A DNA stretch of 64,000 nucleotides from Longimicrobiales bacterium (GTDB taxonomy: Bacteria; Gemmatimonadota; Gemmatimonadetes; Longimicrobiales; Gaopeijiaceae), in NCBI GenBank assembly GCA_963664435.2, contig CAXXKM010000002.1, forward strand, positions 992,001-1,056,000, given 5' to 3'. The notes below the pieces were generated by a model. That model made no database searches. It saw nothing but the letters and a program-made list of their open reading frames with translations, and had not been told where the DNA came from. Made by a program: the position numbers and the translations under genes. This document shows, piece by piece, positions 50,234 through 60,802 of the stretch (within the stretch, counting starts at the first letter, position 1; every line of letters begins with the position of its first letter).

Positions 50234-52767
50234 TGCGTCGCGACCTCGGGCGCGGAGGAGGAGCCGCCGGAAGCGAGCAGGGCCATCGGGTCCGCGGTCT
50301 CGACCGGATCCGCTTCGGGCGCCAGCCCGCCCGCGAACGCCACCCGGGCGACGTCGTCGAGACCGGAAACCAGGTGCAGAACCAGGTCGGCGCGCACCTC
50401 GTCGGAGAGGTCTTCGAGGTCGGCATGGTTGTCGGCGGGGAGAACGATCTCCTGGATGCCGGCGCGAACGGCGCCCAGGATTTTCTCCTTAAGGCCGCCG
50501 ATGGGGAGAACCCTTCCCGTCAGCGTCAGCTCGCCGGTCATGGCCACGTCGCGCCTCACCGGACGTCCCGACAGCGCCGAGATCAGGGCGGTCGCCATCG
50601 TGATCCCGGCCGAGGGGCCGTCCTTCGGCACGGCGCCCGCGGGCACGTGGATGTGCACTTCCTTGTCCAGCACATCCTCGACCGCCATACCGAGGCTCTG
50701 GTGATGGCTGCGGGCATAGGTAAGCGCCGCCCGCCCCGATTCCTTCATCACGTCGCCCAGCTGCCCGGTGAGCACCAGCTTCCCGTCCCCTGGCATGACG
50801 CTGGCCTCCACGAACATGATGTCGCCGCCGGTGGGCGTGTAGAACATTCCGGTGGCCACGCCCACCCGGTCCTCCTCCGCCATCACCTCGGGGTGCACCC
50901 TCGGGCGGCCCAGAAGTTCGCGTACAACGTCCTGGTCCACGACCATCTGCTCGCATCCGCCGCCGGCGATCCTGCGCGCGACCTTGCGCGCCAGCTTTCC
51001 GATCTCACGCTCCAGCTGGCGGACGCCCGCCTCGCGCGTGTACTCGCTGATCACGTTCAGGATCGCCTCGTCGCCGAGCTCCATCTCCTCGTCGCGCAGA
51101 CCGTTCTCCTCCAGCTGCCTGGGCAGCAGGTAACGCCTGGCGATCTCCAGCTTTTCCTGCTCGGTGTATCCGCTGAAGTCGACCCGCTCCATGCGGTCGA
51201 GCAGCGGGGGCGGAATGCGGTCCCAGTAGTTCGCGGTCGCGACGAACAGCACCTCCGACAGATCGAAGGGGATCCCCAGGTAATGGTCGGTGAAGGTCCA
51301 GTTCTGGGCCCGGTCCAGCACTTCGAGCAAAGCCGCGCTGGGATCCCCCTGGAAGGAGACCCCGAGCTTGTCGACTTCGTCGAGCAGGAACACGGGGTTC
51401 TTCGACTTCACCTGACGCATTCCCTGGATGATCCGGCCCGGCATGGCGCCCACGTACGTCCGCCGATGGCCCCGGATATCCGCTTCGTCGCGCGCGCCGC
51501 CCAGCGAGATGCGCACATACTTGCGCCCGATCGCGCGGGCGATGGACTGAGCGATGCTGGTCTTGCCGACGCCGGGCGGGCCCACGAAGAGCAGAATGGG
51601 CCCCTGGCCGCTCGCGGGCGGCGACGTGTCGGCGGGCTCGTCCTCCGTCCGGGAGCCGTTCCGGGCGGCGTCGGCTTCCTGCAGAGCGTCCTCCTCCTGA
51701 GCGGCGTCGTCCTCCGCTTCCGCCTCGTCCGGAGCCCGCTCCGCCTGCAGCTTGCGCACGGCGAGGAACTCGAGGATGCGATCCTTTACATCCTCCAGCC
51801 CGTAGTGGTCTTCTGCGAGCACGTCCGCTGCCGCTCCCAGGTCGATCTTGTCCTCGGTGCGATCGTCCCAGGGCAGTTCCGTGATCCACTCGAGGTAGGT
51901 CCGGATGACCTGGTATTCCGCCGACTGGGGATTCGTCCTCCCCAGGCGCTTGAGCTCCCGCTGGACCTCGGCGCGAGCATCGTCGTTGAGCCGCAGCGCC
52001 GCGATTCGCTCGCGCAGATCGTCGACCTCGGCCTTTTCGTCCTCGTCGCCCAGCTCGCGCCGGATCTGCTTCATCTGCTCGCGAAGGAGCATTTCGCGCT
52101 GGCGCTCCCCCAGTTCCTCCTGCACCCGCGCCTGGATTTCCTCCTGCGCGCTTAGCCGCACCAGTTCGCGCTCCACCGCGACAAGCGCCTGGCGCATGCG
52201 GTCCTCGTCGTCGAGCACCTCCAGCAGCCGCTGCTTCTCCGCGGTCTGCAGGTCCAGGTAGAAGGCCACCAGATCCGCGAACGCGCCCGGTTCGTCCACG
52301 CCCTGGATGAGCTGATTGAGGGACTCGGCCGGGACGCCGCGCCGGGTTCCCAGCCCGGCAGCACGGTCGCGCAGTTCGCGGTCCAGGGCCCGGAAGGCCG
52401 GGTCCTTCTCGCTGCGCGGCGGGATTCTCTCCAGGTCCATGACGACGGCGGCGAGCATCGTCTTGCCGCGCTTCTCGTAGGAGAGCACCTGCGCGCGCCT
52501 TTCCCCCTGCACGAGCAGCTGGATCCCGGCCCGCACGCGGTGGGTCTGAATGACGCGCACCACCGTCCCCATTTCGTACAGCCCCTCGGAGGTCGGCTTG
52601 TCCACGTTCTCCCGCTGGGCCACCGCAAGCAGCTTGCGGTCTCCCTCGAGGGCGGCCTGCACGGCCTCTATGGTGCCGGGTCGACCGGCCGAGATGGGCA
52701 CCGCCACGCCCGGGTACACCACCGTGTCCCGCAGCGGAAGGACGGGTAGCCTGTAACGTTCGCCCAC
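50230..52767 (-). CDS. lon: ATP-dependent protease La
   Basis: [22 protein letters not shown] and [11 protein letters not shown] start with AAGGAG RBS. Confidence 0.97.
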   Translation of the reverse strand: MGERYRLPVLPLRDTVVYPGVAVPISAGRPGTIEAVQAALEGDRKLLAVAQRENVDKPTSEGLYEMGTVVRVIQTHRVRAGIQLLVQGERRAQVLSYEKRGKTMLAAVVMDLERIPPRSEKDPAFRALDRELRDRAAGLGTRRGVPAESLNQLIQGVDEPGAFADLVAFYLDLQTAEKQRLLEVLDDEDRMRQALVAVERELVRLSAQEEIQARVQEELGERQREMLLREQMKQIRRELGDEDEKAEVDDLRERIAALRLNDDARAEVQRELKRLGRTNPQSAEYQVIRTYLEWITELPWDDRTEDKIDLGAAADVLAEDHYGLEDVKDRILEFLAVRKLQAERAPDEAEAEDDAAQEEDALQEADAARNGSRTEDEPADTSPPASGQGPILLFVGPPGVGKTSIAQSIARAIGRKYVRISLGGARDEADIRGHRRTYVGAMPGRIIQGMRQVKSKNPVFLLDEVDKLGVSFQGDPSAALLEVLDRAQNWTFTDHYLGIPFDLSEVLFVATANYWDRIPPPLLDRMERVDFSGYTEQEKLEIARRYLLPRQLEENGLRDEEMELGDEAILNVISEYTREAGVRQLEREIGKLARKVARRIAGGGCEQMVVDQDVVRELLGRPRVHPEVMAEEDRVGVATGMFYTPTGGDIMFVEASVMPGDGKLVLTGQLGDVMKESGRAALTYARSHHQSLGMAVEDVLDKEVHIHVPAGAVPKDGPSAGITMATALISALSGRPVRRDVAMTGELTLTGRVLPIGGLKEKILGAVRAGIQEIVLPADNHADLEDLSDEVRADLVLHLVSGLDDVARVAFAGGLAPEADPVETADPMALLASGGSSSAPEVATH

Positions 52768-52854
52768 GGATCCGACTCCTTATCGTTTACCTGTCGAGAC
52801 GGGGTCGTCTGCCCCGCGAAGCCGGCCGTACGGGCGACCCGCGACGCGAATGTC

Positions 52855-52997
52855 CTGTCAGAAAGGCAGATCGCCCCGACTTCCAGGCGGTTTGCTCGCC
52901 TGCCATGTCAGACGAAATGCACGGTGTCGGGCCCAGATGCACGAATCGGGCCTGACATAATGGCCGACTCCGCGTGCCGAGACTGCCATTTTGGCAG
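52855..52997. promoter_or_regulatory. three copies of a CTGNCA-N3-(T/A)GGC(A/C)G palindromic motif upstream of lon
   Basis: ctgtca-gaa-aggcag (52855), ctgaca-taa-tggccg (52952), ctgcca-ttt-tggcag (52983). Confidence 0.55.
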
Positions 52998-53127
52998 ACC
53001 GGGCCGCCGGGGGGAGGCTGGCAGGCTCCGTTCGCTCCCTCTAGCTTGGCGCGGCACGCGCGTTTGCGCCAGCCGAACCACGCCCGGGAGCGCCCATGCG
53101 CCCACATTCAAACCGGAACGGGCGGCC

Positions 53128-54702
53128 GTGACCGGCCGATCCGCCGTCTACGCGCCCAGAAGCGCCGCCGCCACCAGCCAGCCGCTCGCCAGCTGGGCGG
53201 CGCTCTCGGTGATGGAACGGGGCGGGAACGCGGTCGATGCGGCCGTCGCCGCCGCGGCCATGCTGAACGTGGTCGAGCCGCACATGACCGGGATGGGCGG
53301 CGACATGTTCGCGCTGCTGTGGTCGGCAGAGGAGGGCCGGCTGGTCGGGCTCGACTCGAGCGGGCGGTCGGGCTCGGGCATGTCGCGCGAGGCGATCGCG
53401 GCCGCGGGGCTGGACGACGTGCCCGCGAGCGGGCCGGGATCGGTGACGGTGCCGGGGGCGGTCGCGGGATGGGCGGCCCTGCTGGACCGGTTCGGCGCCA
53501 TGACCTTCCCGGAAGTGCTCGCGCCGGCCATCCGCGTTGCGGAGGAGGGCTTTCCGGTCACGCCCATCATCGCGGGCCAGTGGGCCGCCGCGGCCGACAG
53601 GCTGCGCGCCGACCGCGGGGCGGCCGCGACCTGCCTGGTCGGTGGGCGGCGCGCCCCGCGCGCCGGGGAGTGGTTCCGGTCGCCGGAGCTGGCCGCGAGC
53701 TTCCGCCTGGTCGCGGGCGGGGGGGCGGGGGCCTTCTACACGGGCGCGCTCGGCCGGCGGCTGGTGGAGGGACTGGAGGGGTTGGGCGGTTTCCTGACCC
53801 GCGAGGACCTCGCCGGCCATGAGCCGCGCTGGGTGACCCCGCTCTCCACCGACTTCGCGGGACATACGCTGTGGGAACTCCCCCCGGCCGGGCAGGGGAT
53901 CGCCGCACTCGAGATGCTCCGCATCCTTGACGGGTTCGATCTCGGCATCATGGGTCACAACAGCCCTGCCTACCTGCATCACCTGATCGAGGCCAAGAAG
54001 CTGGCCTTCGCCGACCTCGCGGGCCATGTGGGCGACCCGGACCACATGAGCATCCTGGCTCAGGCGCTGCTTGCCGATGACCACGTGAACTCCCGCCGCG
54101 CGCTGCTGAACCCGCGTGAGGCCGCCGGCCGCGTGGACCCGGGCGCCGCGGTTCCGGAGAGCGAGACCATCTACCTGTGCACGGCGGACGAGCACGGCAA
54201 CATGGTGTCGTTCATCAACAGCCTCTACGAGGGCTTCGGCTCGGGCGTGGTGATCCCGGGAACCGGGTTTGCGCTCCAGAACCGCGGCGCCTGCTTCACC
54301 TTCGAGGAAGGACACCCGAACCAGGTCGCGCCCCGCAAGAAGCCCTTGCACACCATCATCCCGGCGTTCGTGACCCGCGGCGGGGAACCATGGCTGGCGT
54401 TCGGCGTCATGGGCGGTTCCATGCAACCCCAGGGGCACGTTCAGGTGCTGCTCAACCTCCTCGTCTTCGGGATGGACCTGCAGGCCGCCATCGAAGCGCC
54501 CCGATTTCGCCACACCACCGGACGGGACGTGGCGGTCGAGGGGATCAGCCGCACGGCAGGCGTCGCGCTCGCGCTCATGGGGCATCATGTGATCGATCCG
54601 TCGCTCACTTCCTTCGGGGGAGGGCAGGGGGTGATGCGCCTGGAACGGGGATGGGCGGCGGGGTCGGATCCGCGCAAGGACGGAATGGCGGTCGGGCGCT
54701 GA
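53128..54702 (+). CDS. ggt: gamma-glutamyltransferase
   Basis: GGNAVDAAVA, GMGGDMF, autocleavage site ETIYL, LQNRG, GVMGGSMQPQGH and GSDPRKDG. Start uncertain; no clear signal peptide. Confidence 0.92.
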   Translation: MTGRSAVYAPRSAAATSQPLASWAALSVMERGGNAVDAAVAAAAMLNVVEPHMTGMGGDMFALLWSAEEGRLVGLDSSGRSGSGMSREAIAAAGLDDVPASGPGSVTVPGAVAGWAALLDRFGAMTFPEVLAPAIRVAEEGFPVTPIIAGQWAAAADRLRADRGAAATCLVGGRRAPRAGEWFRSPELAASFRLVAGGGAGAFYTGALGRRLVEGLEGLGGFLTREDLAGHEPRWVTPLSTDFAGHTLWELPPAGQGIAALEMLRILDGFDLGIMGHNSPAYLHHLIEAKKLAFADLAGHVGDPDHMSILAQALLADDHVNSRRALLNPREAAGRVDPGAAVPESETIYLCTADEHGNMVSFINSLYEGFGSGVVIPGTGFALQNRGACFTFEEGHPNQVAPRKKPLHTIIPAFVTRGGEPWLAFGVMGGSMQPQGHVQVLLNLLVFGMDLQAAIEAPRFRHTTGRDVAVEGISRTAGVALALMGHHVIDPSLTSFGGGQGVMRLERGWAAGSDPRKDGMAVGR

Positions 54703-55502
54703 TGGATCGGTTTGAACGCCTTCCGCCCTCCGGCGTGGCGCCTCGGCCCGCGGCGACCGTCGTTCTACTGCGGGCGCGGCCGCCGGACTTCCAGCTCCTG
54801 TTGATGAGGCGCAACCGCTCTGCGGGATTCGTGCCGGGCGCCTACGTCTTTCCCGGGGGGCGGGTGGATGCTCAGGACGCCGATCCGGCCCTGGTCTCGC
54901 GCCTCGAGCGGCTCACGCCGGCGGAGGCGGCCGACCGCCTCACCCTTCCCGATGGGGATCCGCCCGCCATCGCGTACTACCTGGCCGCGGCGCGCGAGGC
55001 GTTCGAGGAGGCCGCCGTGTTGGTCGCCCGGCCCGGCGGACGCTTCCTGCCAGGCACGGGCGCGGGCCGCGCACACTTGCTTCGCCTGCGCGCACACCTG
55101 CTGGCCGGCACCCTGGGCTTCACCGAAGTCCTCGACGATCTGGGGGTGGGCATCGACGGAGCCGCCCTCGAGTACATCGCCCACTGGATCACCCCCGAGG
55201 CCGAGTCCCGGCGCTACGACACCCGCTTCTTCGCGGCGCTGGCGCCCGCGGGGTCGCGGTCCACCCCCGACCCCCGCGAGATGACCGATTCGCTCTGGCT
55301 CTCGCCCGGGGAAGCCTTCGACCGGCACCGTGCGGGACGCCTTCCGATGATCTTTCCGACCATCCGCACGCTGGAGCAGTTCAGCGCCTTCTCGACGGCG
55401 GACGCCGTGCTGGCCCACTACCGGACGCGCGACATCCCGGTCATCATGCCCGCCCTGGTGCGAACCGAGGCCGGGGTGAAGGTGAGTATCCTGGACGAAT
55501 AG
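54702..55502 (+). CDS. NUDIX hydrolase (Nudt19-like)
   Basis: PRPAATVVL, YVFPGGRVD, AAAREAFEEA and WITP...RRYDTRFF. Confidence 0.87.
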   Translation: MDRFERLPPSGVAPRPAATVVLLRARPPDFQLLLMRRNRSAGFVPGAYVFPGGRVDAQDADPALVSRLERLTPAEAADRLTLPDGDPPAIAYYLAAAREAFEEAAVLVARPGGRFLPGTGAGRAHLLRLRAHLLAGTLGFTEVLDDLGVGIDGAALEYIAHWITPEAESRRYDTRFFAALAPAGSRSTPDPREMTDSLWLSPGEAFDRHRAGRLPMIFPTIRTLEQFSAFSTADAVLAHYRTRDIPVIMPALVRTEAGVKVSILDE

Positions 55503-55503
55503 A

Positions 55504-56697
55504 TCAGCGTGGGTCCGTCGCCAGGCGATGCACGCTGACGTGTTCCACGCCGAGCTCATCCCGGTATACCCCCGCCACAAGCCCGTCACGAATGCCGGTC
55601 ACGGTCATGCCACTCGGGGTCGCCACCACGCCCAGCCAGGCGCCCGCGGAGTCGAACAGGTCCCACGACGGTGGCTCGCGCGACAGCGGGTCGGCCGTGA
55701 ATCGCCGTGCCCACAGGTTGCCGCCGCCGTCCGCCAGCAGCCGGTCGAATGCCGGCTCGTGCGACGGAACCTCCATCTCGTCACGCCATTGGCGCCAGAC
55801 CGGCGCGGAACCCTGACCCAGTTCCACCAGGCTCTCGATCACCTGCGCCACATCCGATTCCGTCACCGGCTCGCGTTCGCGCGCGATCCGATATCGGGCC
55901 GCCAGCGAGCCGTCCGGATCGTGGACCGAAACCTCCGGTACCGACCCGCTGGCCACGGCGACCCGATTGCCCACGATCGCTCGCAGCGGCCGCGGACTGA
56001 ACGGCACCGGCAGCATGGACTGGCCGGTCCACAGCCAGCGCTGGCCGAGAACCGCCGTCAGCCGAACCAGGCCATCAAGGGCCGGATCGTAGCGCGCGAG
56101 TTCAACCGAGTCGGTCCAGGTGATGCCGGGCTCAGGCGCCTGTATCACGACCGGAAGGGCGACCAGCCAGTAACCGTCGTCGAAGAGGCCGAAAGCCACC
56201 AGGGGGGATCCGTCCGGACCGGACCGGCGCTCGGTGCCGAGCAGCTCTCCGCTCGGTCCCATGGTGGACACGCGCGAGAGCGCTCGGTCCCAGATCAGGA
56301 ACGCGCCGTCCTCTCGCAGCCCCAGATAGCGCGGGCTGCGGAATTCTCCCGGTCCCTCGCCGCGTCCCCCGGTGCTCCACAGGTGGCCGCCCCCGGCGTC
56401 GTAGCGACGCACCTCGGCGGTCCCGCCGTCCACGACGATGACCTCGCCTCCGGCGAGCAGCGCGACATCGAGGATCCGGAAAAAGCTGGAGGAGGATTCG
56501 GCCTCGGCGCCACCCAGCCTGAAGACGGGCTCGGGATTCACGCGCCACTCTGTCCCGGGCGGCCATGCCGGGGCTCGGCTCTCCACGACCCGGACGCCGG
56601 CGCTGTCGCGCTCGATGACGGCCCCCGGTTCCCGTTCGGCGCACCCCGTGGCGGCAACCAGCGCGAGCGCCGGCACGAGCGCGAGGCGGGAGCGCAA
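55504..56697 (-). CDS. 6-bladed beta-propeller lipoprotein
   Basis: AATGC lipobox, RDSAGVRVVES, GGRGEGPGEF and RDELGVEHV. Confidence 0.82.
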   Translation of the reverse strand: MRSRLALVPALALVAATGCAEREPGAVIERDSAGVRVVESRAPAWPPGTEWRVNPEPVFRLGGAEAESSSSFFRILDVALLAGGEVIVVDGGTAEVRRYDAGGGHLWSTGGRGEGPGEFRSPRYLGLREDGAFLIWDRALSRVSTMGPSGELLGTERRSGPDGSPLVAFGLFDDGYWLVALPVVIQAPEPGITWTDSVELARYDPALDGLVRLTAVLGQRWLWTGQSMLPVPFSPRPLRAIVGNRVAVASGSVPEVSVHDPDGSLAARYRIAREREPVTESDVAQVIESLVELGQGSAPVWRQWRDEMEVPSHEPAFDRLLADGGGNLWARRFTADPLSREPPSWDLFDSAGAWLGVVATPSGMTVTGIRDGLVAGVYRDELGVEHVSVHRLATDPR

Positions 56698-56700
56698 GAC

Positions 56701-58362
56701 CTACATCCTCCGGTAGGCCGGCCCGCTGCCGCCTTCCCGCGGCGTCCAGCGCGGCCCCAGCACGTCGGTCGCCTTGCAGTCCACGCAGTTGGGGGCGTTC
56801 ACGACCAGCTCGCCGTCTTCACCCTCCTCGTACACGCCGGCCGGGCACATGCGGGCGTAGAACGCGGCTCCCTCGGGAGGCACTGCGTCGCCCGTGAGCA
56901 CATGGCCGGGGATGTCGTCGCGCGTCTGGTTCCCGGACTTGTACACCGCGTCGACCTTTGAGAATGTGAGCTCTCCATCGGGCTTGAAGTCCGAGGGTGC
57001 GCCGTGGCGTCGCGCCTCCTCGGCGTCTTCCGATACCGGGATGCGGGCACCGGGAAAGGCTCCGCCCGTCAACGTCATCAGGCCCGCCCGGATCCCGCCC
57101 GCCCAGAAGCCTTTCTTGAAGGCCAGCCGCAGATTGCGGGTGCGGCGCAGGTCCTTCATCACATACGAGTCGTCCAGGGTTCGGCTGAATCCCGCCAGAC
57201 CGTCGCCCTCGCCCTTGAGTTCGGCGAAGATGGCGTGGGCCGCGTAGATGCCCGACTGCATCGCGTAGTGGATCCCCTTGAGAGAGGGAACGTCCACGAG
57301 GCCGGCCGCGTCGCCGCAAACCAGCGCGCCCTCCCCGTGGCGGCGCTCCGGAATCGAGTAGTAGCCGCCTTCGGGGATCGTCTTTGCGCCCCATTCCAGC
57401 ATCTCGCCGCCCTCGAGCGTCGGGCGAAAGAGCGGGTGCAGCTTCATCCTCTGGAGAAGCTCGTGGACGTCGAGCGAGGCATCCCGGTAATCCAGCCCCA
57501 CGACCAGCCCCAGCGCGACCAGGTCGTCGGCGAGCGGATACATGAAGCTGCCTCCGAAGGCATCGCGCGGGAGGGGCCACCCGAGGGTGTGCACGACGCG
57601 GTCCAGGGGCCGGGGGGTGCGCCAGAGCTCCTTCACGCCGAGGGCGTAGATCTGGGGGTTGGGCGACCCGATGCCCTCCCGCTCCAGCCAGGCCTGGGTG
57701 AGCGGGCCGCGGGTGCCCTCGGCGAGCACGGTGACCGTGGCCGAAATGTCCATGGGCGGCTGGTAGCCCGCTCCCGGCGCGCCCTGCCGGTCGAGCCCGC
57801 CGGGCGTCGTGCGCACGCCCGTGACACGTCTTCCTTCAACCAGGAGCGAGTCGACCGGGAACCCCGGGAAGATGTTCACGCCCAGCTCCTCGGCCCGCTC
57901 GCCCAGCCAGCGCACCATCTCGCAGATCGAGCCCACGAAGTTGCCGTGATTCCGCATCGTGGGCGGCGTCGGCAGCCGGAACGCGTGCGCGCCGGTCAGG
58001 AGATACACCGCTTCACGGGAAACCGGGCGCGTGAAGGGAAAGTCGTCATCGGCAAGCTCGGGGAAGAGCTCCCGGAAAGCGCGCGGGTTGACCACGGCCC
58101 CGGAAAGGCTGTGCTCGCCGAGCTCGCCGGCCTTCTCGAGCACGCCGATCTCGAGTTCGCCCAGATTGCCCCCGGCCTCGCCATCGGCCTGCGCCAGCTT
58201 CGCGAGCTGTATGGCGCCCGCGAGCCCCGCCGGGCCGCCCCCCACGAAGACCACGTCGAGCGGGACGGCTTCAGCGTCCGGAGGTTCCTCGACGATGAAG
58301 CGATCGCCGGGCAGGGCCGGCTGCCAGACGGCGGGCCGCGCGGACGGCGGAGGTTGCGACAT
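56701..58362 (-). CDS. electron transfer flavoprotein-quinone oxidoreductase
   Basis: VGGGPAGL, LSGAV, LGVKELW, GAKTIPEGG, KGIHYAMQSG and CPAGVY...NCVDCK. Confidence 0.92.
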   Translation of the reverse strand: MSQPPPSARPAVWQPALPGDRFIVEEPPDAEAVPLDVVFVGGGPAGLAGAIQLAKLAQADGEAGGNLGELEIGVLEKAGELGEHSLSGAVVNPRAFRELFPELADDDFPFTRPVSREAVYLLTGAHAFRLPTPPTMRNHGNFVGSICEMVRWLGERAEELGVNIFPGFPVDSLLVEGRRVTGVRTTPGGLDRQGAPGAGYQPPMDISATVTVLAEGTRGPLTQAWLEREGIGSPNPQIYALGVKELWRTPRPLDRVVHTLGWPLPRDAFGGSFMYPLADDLVALGLVVGLDYRDASLDVHELLQRMKLHPLFRPTLEGGEMLEWGAKTIPEGGYYSIPERRHGEGALVCGDAAGLVDVPSLKGIHYAMQSGIYAAHAIFAELKGEGDGLAGFSRTLDDSYVMKDLRRTRNLRLAFKKGFWAGGIRAGLMTLTGGAFPGARIPVSEDAEEARRHGAPSDFKPDGELTFSKVDAVYKSGNQTRDDIPGHVLTGDAVPPEGAAFYARMCPAGVYEEGEDGELVVNAPNCVDCKATDVLGPRWTPREGGSGPAYRRM

Positions 58363-58580
58363 GCGGACTCCTGAACGGGCTTCCGGTCACCGCGGCCTGT
58401 TTGCGCCGTGGGTCGAGCCGGCGCGTGGCGGGCAGGATCCGGGCCCGGAAAGCGGGGTAGTCTGTCGAGGCCGCAGCGCCGCCCGACCCCGGGCAGCCGG
58501 CCTCCCGAAGTGCTACATCCTAGCCAATCCCGCGCCGGTCGTCACGGCGTCCTTCCAACCCCCGCTCCCCGACGACGAAC

Positions 58581-60050
58581 ATGACCCATCGCCGACCCGC
58601 CACGGTTCGGGAGTTGCGCGAATCCGGCTATCGCCCCCGCAGCGTCAAGGACGAACTGAGGGCCAACCTGGTCCGCAAGCTCCACGACGGGGAGGAGCTC
58701 TTCCCTGGCATCCTGGGCTACGACGACAGCGTGGTTCCGCAGATCGTGAACGGGATTCTGGCGCGGCACGACTTCATCCTGCTCGGACTTCGGGGCCAGG
58801 CCAAGAGCAGAATCCTGCGCCAGCTGGTGGAGTTCCTGGACGAGGAAATCCCGATTCTCGCGGGCAGCGAGATCAACGACGAGCCCTTCCACCCGGTGTC
58901 GCGCTACGGGCGGCTGCTGATCGAGGAGCACGGCGAGGACGCGCCGGTGGCGTGGGTGCCGCGGGAAAGCCGCTACGTGGAGAAGCTCGCGACCCCGGAC
59001 GTGAGCATCGCGGACATGATCGGGGATGTGGACCCCATCAAGGCGGCCCGGGGCGGACACATCCTGGCGGACGAGCTCACGGTCCACTACGGGCTGCTGC
59101 CCCGGGCCAACCGCGGCGTTTTCGCGATCAACGAGCTTCCGGATCTCGCCGGCAAGATCCAGGTCGGGCTCTTCAACATCCTCCAGGAGGGGGATGTGCA
59201 GATCAAGGGCTATCCCATCCGCCTTCAGCTGGATGTCATGCTGGCGTTTACGGCCAATCCCGAAGACTATACCGCGCGCGGCAAGATCATCACGCCGCTG
59301 AAGGACCGCATCGGCACCGAGGTACGCACCCACTATCCGGCAACGCTTGCCGTGGGGCGGGCGATCACGGCACAGGAGGCGTGGGTCGAGCGGGGGGATC
59401 TTCCGGTGGAGATTCCCGACTTCATCGGTGAGATCGTGGAGTCGGTCGCATTTCTGGCCCGTGTCGACAAGCGGGTGGATCAGCGCTCGGGCGTGAGTCA
59501 GCGCATGCCCATCTCGGTGCTGGAGATCGCCGTGGCCAGCGCGGAACGGCGCGCGCTGCGCCTGGGGGAGAAGACCGTCGTGCCCCGCGTGAGCGACATC
59601 TACGCGGCCCGGCCGGCGATCACCGGCAAGATGGAGCTGGAGTACGAAGGCGAGCTGCACGGACCCGACCGCATCGCCTGCGAACTGATCGCCCGGGCCG
59701 CGGGACAGGTCTTCGAGACGTACGCGGGCGGCGCCGACGTGGAACCGATTGTAGAGTACTTCGAGGAAGGCGGCGCGCTGCAGGTCTCCAACGACGCCGG
59801 AGCGAAGGCGTGCGTGAAGGGATTCGACAACGTGCCGGGACTGCTGGAGCTGCTCTCCAATGTCGGGCTGGCCGCGAAGAGCGCCGGCGCCGGCCACCGG
59901 GCGTCCGCCTGTGAGTTCGTGCTCGAGGCGCTGGTCGACGCCAAGCGCATCAGCCGCACCGACGGCGGAGGTTATGGGCGCGCGCGCCACGACGCGCCCG
60001 CGCAGGGACAGGGATTCAAGGGATCAGGGCCGTTTCCGGCCCAGAGCTGA
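58581..60050 (+). CDS. AAA+ ATPase, magnesium-chelatase-like family
   Basis: GLRGQAKS Walker A variant, INELPDL and TANPEDYTARGKIITPLKDR. Confidence 0.88.
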   Translation: MTHRRPATVRELRESGYRPRSVKDELRANLVRKLHDGEELFPGILGYDDSVVPQIVNGILARHDFILLGLRGQAKSRILRQLVEFLDEEIPILAGSEINDEPFHPVSRYGRLLIEEHGEDAPVAWVPRESRYVEKLATPDVSIADMIGDVDPIKAARGGHILADELTVHYGLLPRANRGVFAINELPDLAGKIQVGLFNILQEGDVQIKGYPIRLQLDVMLAFTANPEDYTARGKIITPLKDRIGTEVRTHYPATLAVGRAITAQEAWVERGDLPVEIPDFIGEIVESVAFLARVDKRVDQRSGVSQRMPISVLEIAVASAERRALRLGEKTVVPRVSDIYAARPAITGKMELEYEGELHGPDRIACELIARAAGQVFETYAGGADVEPIVEYFEEGGALQVSNDAGAKACVKGFDNVPGLLELLSNVGLAAKSAGAGHRASACEFVLEALVDAKRISRTDGGGYGRARHDAPAQGQGFKGSGPFPAQS

Positions 60051-60069
60051 GCCAATCAGGAGAAGAACC

Positions 60070-60669
60070 ATGCGTTGTTCCACTCGTGTGTCCGTTTCCG
60101 CGCGGCCGATCGCCGCAACGAGTCGCCGGGGGCGGATGCTGGTCGCCCACGCCATGTTCACCTTCGCGGCCATGGCGGTCCTGGCCGTTCCCGCGCGCGC
60201 CCAAGGCACCTCCGGCTTCGGCGAGGAGCTGCGCGGCCAGTTCGATGGGTCGGCGGAAAAGCTGGTGGCGCTGGCCGGGGCGATGCCGGCGGAGTCGTAC
60301 TCGTGGCAGCCGATGGAGGGGGTGTACACCGTGGCCGCCGCGTACATGCATGTCGCCCGCTACAACTACATGTATCCCGACATGTCCCTGGGGGTCGACG
60401 CGCCCGCCGGGGTGGAGTACGGCTCGCTGGAGGAACGGGTGACCACCAAGGATGAGGCCGTGCGCATCCTCGCCGCCTCCATGGACCACGTTCGGGCCAT
60501 CATGGACTCGATGTCCGACGCTGATTTGGCGAAGCGGACCGAGCTGTACGGGCGGGAAGTGGAGAGCTGGGCGGTGCTGCTGCAGCTGGTTACCCACATG
60601 AACGAGCACCTGGGCCAGGCGATCGCCTATGCCCGCATGAACAAGGTCGTGCCGCCCTGGTCGCGGTGA
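60070..60669 (+). CDS. secreted DinB-family protein
   Basis: AGGAG RBS, signal peptide, LAGAMPAESYSWQP, HVA and HMNEHLGQAIAYARMNKVVPPW. Confidence 0.85.
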   Translation: MRCSTRVSVSARPIAATSRRGRMLVAHAMFTFAAMAVLAVPARAQGTSGFGEELRGQFDGSAEKLVALAGAMPAESYSWQPMEGVYTVAAAYMHVARYNYMYPDMSLGVDAPAGVEYGSLEERVTTKDEAVRILAASMDHVRAIMDSMSDADLAKRTELYGREVESWAVLLQLVTHMNEHLGQAIAYARMNKVVPPWSR

Positions 60670-60691
60670 CCGCCGCACCTCCGAGACGGGG

Positions 60692-60709
60692 CCGCCCGTG
60701 CACGGGCGG
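60692..60709. terminator. GC-rich palindrome between convergent genes
   Basis: Perfect CCGCCCGTGCACGGGCGG; no U-tract. Confidence 0.35.
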
Positions 60710-60802
60710 AGCGTGAGGCGGGGGCGCGGCGGCCCGCACCGTGCGCCCGCGTCGGAGTCGCGCCGCTCGCCAGGGGCGGGGCCGCCCGCAGCCGTGTGAA
60801 GG

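Noticed and set aside
58581..60050. Bacteriochlorophyll Mg-chelatase (bchI)
   Set aside because: No bchH/bchD or photosynthesis genes; the motifs fit the generic AAA+/VWA family.
60070..60669. DNA polymerase IV (dinB) next to mutY
   Set aside because: This is the four-helix DinB/YfiT fold with a signal peptide, unrelated to Pol IV.
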